DNA from: Octopus vulgaris
Lineage: Eukaryota
DNA length: 64,000 bases
Reading direction: 5' to 3'
Assembly: GCA_951406725.2 (NCBI GenBank)
Contig: OX597825.1
Span: forward strand, 37,944,001 to 38,008,000
Positions 57,028-64,000 of this stretch are shown piece after piece. The notes beneath the pieces are model-generated. The model was not told the origin of the DNA. It saw nothing but the letters and a program-made list of their open reading frames with translations, and did not search any database. A program made the position numbers and the translations under genes. Numbering within the stretch: position 1 is the first letter of the stretch; every line of letters starts with the position of its first letter.

Positions 57028-57116
57028 GTTCTCAGGCAACCATTTAAATGATACCGCACTAAACATCATTTCCTCGCACCGTACTATAACTGAGCGAAAG
57101 GACACCAGGAACAATA
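57028..57116 (-). other. Candidate 89-nt exon (open frame ..EEMMFSAVSFKWLPEN, phase-0 end)
   Basis: Acceptor GTTTTACTTCAG| and donor AAC|GTAAGT; non-repetitive, CpG-containing. Confidence 0.35.
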
Positions 57117-57399
57117 CTGAAGTAAAACTGAGCTAAAACGTACGCCGTTCATTTTATTCCACACACAAAATGCACGAAAACTTATTCCCGGTAAAAATGC
57201 ATATTTCGTTGCCCAGCCTCACATACACAATTCAACACTTCACATTTTGTCAGCAAAATAGACGAAATGCAGCTTCTCGGCGTGTGTGTTCGAGGTCCGG
57301 AAAACGCTTTGTAGTTATTGCTGTGTGTAGTCAAGTCCACATTACAACAACAGAAAGCAATTTAACTTGGTTCATATAAATAATCTTTTTCAAAGAAGA

Positions 57400-57603
57400 C
57401 AGTAAGCTGCGCGATTTGTTAGCCCGCCGGACAAAATACTAAACGGCATTTTGTCCATCTCCAGATTCTGAGTTCAAATTCCAACAGGGTCGACTTCTCT
57501 ATTTGAGATCGATAAAATGAGTACCAGTTGAACACTGGGGTCGATATAATCAACTAAAACCCTTCACCGAAATTTCTGGTATTTTGTCAATATTTGAAAT
57601 CAA
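57400..57603 (+). mobile_element. SINE family B
   Basis: GAGTTCAAATTCC B box, GATAAAATGAGTACCAGTTGAACACTGGGGTCGAT. Confidence 0.8.
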
Positions 57604-57905
57604 CAATATTGTTATATTGCAAGTAACTACCGTTAAATTTTTGTTTGGCTGCTGACAAAATATTTACAGATGTGTTAAGCAACATTTTACTTCATGTAAA
57701 TATGTATTAGAGCGTCTCGTACATACTTAGTGAGTTATTAGCCGAGATATGCAACAATATATACATTCCCACTTCTATTTGAACTCATATGTCACTAAGT
57801 ATTGAAAGACTAACCTATTTCCAATTCAGTTTGCTTCAGTATTTCCAACCGTTTTGTCCTTACGAAAACGTTTATAAGAGTTTATAATACTGAATAGTTT
57901 GTAAT

Positions 57906-58262
57906 GCGGCGAGCTGGCAGAAACGTTAGTAGGCCGCGCAAAATGCTTAGTCTGCCGTTACGTTTTGGGTTCAATTCCGCCGAGGTCGACTTTGTCGATA
58001 AATTAAGTACCAGTTACGCACTGGGGTCGATGTAATCGACTTAATCCGTTTGTATGTCTTTGTTTGACCCCTCTGTTTAGCCCCTTGTGGGTAGTAAAGA
58101 AATAGGTATTTCGTCTGTCTTTACGTTCTGAGATCAAATTCCCCGGAGGTCGACTTAACATTTCGGGGCCGATAAACTAAGTACCAGTTGCATACTAGGG
58201 TCGATCTAATCGACTGTGCCCCTCCCCCAAATATTTCTGGCCTTCTACCTAGGTTAGAAAAG
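57906..58262 (+). mobile_element. SINE family B, tandem dimer
   Basis: GCGGCGAGCTGGCAGAAACGTTAG head; core GAGGTCGACTT..GATAAA..AAGTACCAGTT occurs twice. Confidence 0.85.
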
Positions 58263-59419
58263 AATGCTGAAGTGTTTGCAAAAATCTGTTTATTTTGTGG
58301 TGGGGCAATTTTAAGCAGCACCCACAAAAAGAGTTTAGGACACTCAGTTCTAGCTAAGATCCTGTTCATTGTCCCTTGCTATTCTATATTGCAAGGTAAT
58401 TTATCTCGTAACTTCTTACTATCAATAAGTGCCAGTAATCTAAATATGGCATGCATATTAATATATATAATTAAGCGAAAAACTGACTCGGCTAAATATT
58501 TTAAACTATATTTAATTAACCAATTTGACAATATCTGCGGAAAGACTGCGACAACTCATAACTGAAAAGGGTTCCTTGGAAACCTGGTTGGAGTAGAGGA
58601 ATTGACAAGTAACGAGGGGGAAAATGATAAAGAATATAAATCCTGAATGCTTTCAAAATCGATTCCTAACGATTTTATGTCGATTAGATATTAAACACCT
58701 GGACAATTATTGTATCGATATTTTCTTTAATTTTCTGGAAGAGAAAAAGGTAAACGCTTGGTGTCGATTGTCTTATTATACGTCTACTCTCGCTGGGAAA
58801 ATGTATTATTTAAAGCAGTTTAAATAACGTTGCAAGACACTTGAAATGACTACATTAACCAAAATGTTTCATGACTTTAAAGATTATAGAATGTGATTCG
58901 ATGGAGATTTCGCGGTGAATTGCTAGTGGATCAGACAACCATGTAGAAGCAATCTTGATGTCTCATATACAGTGTTTTCCAGTGGTATTGTCGTGGTGTA
59001 TTCGAGCAGAGGAATCAAAACCATATTATGTTGTCATGGATGAAATTTTTCAACACTACAGTGCTCGCATATCTATTTGTAGATAATTACAAACAAGAGT
59101 CAAGAATGGAAATTTTACAAAATCGATTGACTTGCTAGCAGTAGCAGATACATCTTCCTTAATTAAGACCTTCCTATATTAGAAAGGGACATTATATTAT
59201 ATGGATTAGGCCAACAATGAACATTATTTGAAAATTACATAACAATTTTAGGGAGACTTTTAGAAGCAATACATTAATTTTCTAGCAAAATAAGATCTAT
59301 AAAACAGAACAGGTTTAAAAAGCTGGTTTTAGGTAGTGCTTAAAAGGTAGACGCATATAGTTATTTTGAAGAAACTCACTCGGTAAAAACTGCGGAACCT
59401 CGTTTTATATATATGTATG

Positions 59420-59628
59420 CTGTGTTTTGTGTCAATGTTTGTCCCTCCACAGTTCAACACACAGATTTGTTTACGTCCCCGTATGATAGCGGTTCGGCAA
59501 AAAGAAACTAGTGCAAGACGTGTCGTATTTAAATATAAAAATAAGTTTGGGGAACGATTTATTCTACTAAACTCTCCAAGGTGGTTCCACAGTGCGGCTG
59601 TAGTCCAAAGACTAAAACAAGTTAAATA
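59420..59628 (+). mobile_element. SINE family A, diverged 3' half
   Basis: GTTTACGTCCCCGTA..AGCGGTTCGGCAAAAAGA..GACTAAAACAAG. Confidence 0.7.
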
Positions 59629-59672
59629 ATACAACAATGTATGCTAGCTAAAATTCAGTTTGAATTTTAGGT

Positions 59673-59897
59673 TAAGGCGGTGAACTGGTAGAACGGTTAA
59701 CACACCGGTCGAAATCCTTGGCAGAATTTCACTAATGTTTACGTCGAGTTCAAATTGCGTCGGGGTCGTCGTTGCCTTTCATTCTCTTGGGGGGGGTCGC
59801 TAAAATAGGTATCCGTTGAGCACTGGGGGTGGGGGTCAATGTAATTGACTTAGCTCTCCCCTGGAAATGCTGGCTTTGTGCGAAAACTTGAAACTAA
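59673..59897 (+). mobile_element. SINE family B
   Basis: AAGGCGGTGAACTGGTAGAA head, GAGTTCAAAT, TTGCCTTTCAT..GGGGTCG. Confidence 0.8.
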
Positions 59898-60641
59898 TAT
59901 TTATATTTTAGGTTCCACATACATCATAAAATGCAGTAACGAGATATATAATCACTATGAATCATATAAAATACAAAGCACAGAATATATTCTTACTACT
60001 TTTTAATTCAATTTGTGTAATTGTTCTACATACTAAGAAACTTTCTATATACAAATTATCTGAAATACAGTCTTTGTGTGCGCTAGCAGTGTTTAGTACA
60101 GCACCAATTTTTGCTTTATCCAATGGTTGACCATACTGCTATATTAGAGAATTGATGAACAATCAGAAAATTCTATTGAAATTTATTCAGTTGGCTATAG
60201 AATTTTAAATCTTCACGATCAATTAACATGCGTAATAACCACGTAATTAGACATCGTTGATTGTTTTAAGCATAAAAACGCTAACTATAATGTTTTAACC
60301 ACTACCGTCTATTTTTTACTGCTGTAAACATATAAAAGAGCAAAATATAAAGAAATTGCATAGGTCTGCAACTTAAAAATGAATAATGAAATAGGAAAGA
60401 TGGCATCATTTAGACTTGACAGAAACGCTAAATTAAAATAGTTACATTTCTTCAATTTACTCTCAGAACAATTAAAATATAGCCCCGCAATGATATAGAA
60501 TTGTATTAAAAGACGAAAAGTATATATATATGTATATACATGTATATAATACTACATGATATTTATTTTAAATTACTTCATTAAAATACGGTTGTTTCAA
60601 TTTTCTTTTAATAATCATACATATAATTATATATAAATGTG

Positions 60642-60700
<59 letters not shown>

Positions 60701-60715
60701 TTATCTATTTATCTA
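60642..60715. repeat. (TCTA)n microsatellite
   Basis: Directly visible. Confidence 0.95.
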
Positions 60716-61653
60716 ACTATCAATCTGTCTGTCTATCGATCCATCTGCCTATCTAACAGGCTATCTATCTAACTATATAAATTTATCTATATACACAAAT
60801 ATATACATACGTATACACACACACACACACACACACACATACACATATATATATATATACATCTTTATACCAATGTGTGTATTTATATATGGTTGTTTGT
60901 TTTACGTGTGCGCACTATGTCCTTATGGCTAAGAAATACACTTCACGACGACGCAAATTCCTCTATTATAACTTGGAGTGTCCATACATTGCAGTTGAAA
61001 TGCACAAACATTGTGTAGAAGCTGGTAAATCGATTATAACTGTAATTCAAATGCTTCAACGTAGCTAGTCACGTTGTGACCCTGATTCTGTGTAAGAATA
61101 ATGTTAAAAGGTAGTCTTGTCTATGGAACGCTCAGTCACACTTTAATGAAGGTCCAGATAATTTAGTTAATCAACCACTACAGTTCTCCTCGTCGAACGA
61201 CAGAGATGTACCACCACCATACTTTTCATATCAATAGTAATTCACACTTCTGTGGGAATCCCTTTTTTTAATGTGTCCTTTGGAAACCAACATGACAAAA
61301 ATAGTTGCACAAACAAGAATTTGGTACTAAAGGATATAATGTATGAAAATAGTAGAATTTTCCGGAAAATCAAACATTAAATTAGAACATTCAAATGCCA
61401 TATCCTCATAATTACTTCTCCTTACATGATTTGATAGATGTTTCAGGAAAGTACAAAGTAAAAGTCATGCGGGTCGTGTGGGAAATTGATATAATGAACC
61501 TAATTGGATTGCGACTGTTAGAAATATAACGTTTGATTGACGCACAATAACATCAATAAAAAATAATCAATGCACCAGCAACTATTGGATTGATGTTTTG
61601 CTTCCAATTCTGTTCTTTAATGCAGTTGACATACATACATGCATACATACATT

Positions 61654-61732
<79 letters not shown>

Positions 61733-62156
61733 CTATGATATTTATTTTGGATACCTAACTAATACGCATCAAAATCGTAATAAACAGTTTCAAATGAATC
61801 GAGAGTAAAACTTATAAATATTTGTCCAATTTTTTTACCTCTCATCATTTATTGATTAACCTCCAAACGTTTTTTTCATAATGACATACAGTTCCTCTTT
61901 GCATATATTACCTTTTGTAAAATAATGACAATTGTGTTTTTGTAAACAGAATTTGAATGTGTTTCTTTTTCATTTGTGCGTGTTCCTTTTCCAAACGGTG
62001 TGAATATTTAATTATCCTTTGAACACAATATCGTTAGTTGAATGTATGTATCATGTAATTCCGTATTGCATATTTCCTATAGTCACAGTGTCAAAAATGT
62101 GCGTTATAGGATATTATATATTTGTAGTTTCGGATCACCAAGCACTTCCACCACTT

Positions 62157-62282
62157 CAGCACAAATACGAAATGACTCAAATTTGTGAATCAGGGTGCAG
62201 TCGAGTATATCGATCCGAGTACTTTATTAGTACATTATCTTATCAATCAGGAAATGAAGCAATGCAAATTTGACCCCGGCGT
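62157..62282 (-). mobile_element. SINE family B, diverged fragment
   Basis: GCAGTCGAGTATATCGATCC..GATG/AATGAAG..TTGACCCCGGCG. Confidence 0.5.
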
Positions 62283-64000
62283 AAAAAGAAAAAAACAACG
62301 GAACAAATTCTCAAATAATTACTGAATATATTTCAATAAGAACAGTGTAACAATTTTCAATAGTATAAAAATTCTATTTATTTCAGTTTCTCCTCAATTT
62401 GTTGCGTATGAAGCAAGGGACTGCATCACACTGTTTTCCCTTTTAATGACTTCCTGATGAAAGCGATAACACAGCATCATTTTTTTTTTACACTTCGCAC
62501 TGCAATTGCACTTTTTCTTGAATCCGACAAATATCAGTTTCGTGTTTCAGGATTTTCCTCTAGTTTTGTAGAGACGTTACTTTTACAAGTGACTCCCAAC
62601 CACACACACAAATAAACACACACACGCTCACACGCACATATACACACACATACTACTTCCTGAATCATTAGGTTGTATTTCCTGTAACATACCGGGTCAT
62701 TGAGTTAACCTTTTAAGACCACGCTTGGTCTGTTAAAATTAACTGACAAATCTCATTCAGACCATATCCTAACAACAACGTCTTTCAAGAATTATGATAC
62801 ACGAGATAAAGTAAACAAAACCACAGGATGCCCGGGGACTAAGATTCTTTGATCATGCGTCTGCCTAATCAGGGCAAAGCAGAGGTTAATAAAAACGTCT
62901 ACAATGTTTGAAGGATCTAAAAATTTTGTAACGATTACAGTTTAGAGTAAATATGAAAGGAAACACGTATAGAATATTAAAGCTGGAAGTATCTAAATTA
63001 CCTATACTACTGAACTTGAGAATATTTTCAACGTCTAATAAATTGATTTTGATTATATATAGTTTCGATAACTAACTATATACATAAATAAGTGAATATA
63101 AACAAACGGATGATAATAGCCATTAGAAAACCAGACTCTAAGACACCAAACAAAATTTGGCATAACAAAAGGAAAATGAATTAGCAAAAACGAAATGAGA
63201 TTGTAAACTACGTCTAGGACGATAAACACTGATGAAGTTATAGCCTGTAGTTCAATGAAACGGAGTGGGGGAGCGGCAACTACGTTGAATTCTGTGTATG
63301 GTGTGAGGATATATATATATATAATAATAATATATTTGAAGACAAGGCAGACTACAACAACGCAAAAACAGTTACTACCAATAAACGCAGGAGAGAAAAT
63401 ATATTAAGGGAATAGATATATTAGATACACAACTAAGAAAACAATATAGAAGTTAGGGAATGGAAAACGAATAATGACTATATTATTAATATTACTTTTA
63501 TAATTGAGAGATTGAAAAATTCTGTCTTTGCTTCGCAAGTATATTTATAAGAGTAAAAACCAGTACCCTTATTTTATAAATGAATAACTTCAAACTATTT
63601 TGTCAAGTATATTCTTGTTTGAGTCACACTCGAATTGAAAAGATATATGTGTCGACACATACTAAGAATAGAAGATCAAATTTTCAAATACTGACACTTG
63701 AAATTGAAATATTTTCTACATACCAATCAGACTCAACTCCTTTCATGATGTTTTCATTGAACAAACAATAAAACAAAACAGAAACCGCAAATTAAGAAAA
63801 GTGTTTCTTGAGTAATTTTCCTTTTTAACTGAAACGTTCAATACGTTTCGCATCACATCTCAAAACGTGTCTATATTATGTATGGATAGCAGAAACATGT
63901 AGATTATCCAATGAATCGGTTATGAACTAGCATCACCTCCTGCTGCTTCTAATACATATTTCTAACGTAAAACATTTGACACCCGAAGAAAAACGAATAT

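Overview
AT-rich, microsatellite-dense eukaryotic DNA. The SINE, LINE and repeat families look like those of Octopus (coleoid cephalopod); this is from recall, not a database search. There is no intact protein-coding ORF, rRNA, tRNA or CRISPR array, and nearly all long ORFs in the track are (TA)n/(CA)n artefacts. The window is mostly decayed mobile elements: two tRNA-headed SINE families, R4/Dong-like, CR1, RTE and Tx1 LINE remnants, several Penelope-like (PLE) remnants, mariner remnants, a non-autonomous Helitron, a hAT nested in a hAT, and two foldback MITEs. Main signals worth checking: (i) several short elements with minimal hammerhead-ribozyme-like motifs, mostly inserted in microsatellites; (ii) four small minus-strand exon candidates, suggesting the window is the 5' intronic part of a large gene with alternative N-termini; (iii) a perfect 157-bp palindrome; (iv) a 50-nt hairpin bounded exactly by splice signals; (v) a cryptic 25-bp-period AATGA array; (vi) a 3' tail shared by a SINE and a CR1 LINE; (vii) a ~0.92-kb tandem duplication. 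All alignments were done by eye, and coordinates of degenerate elements are approximate.
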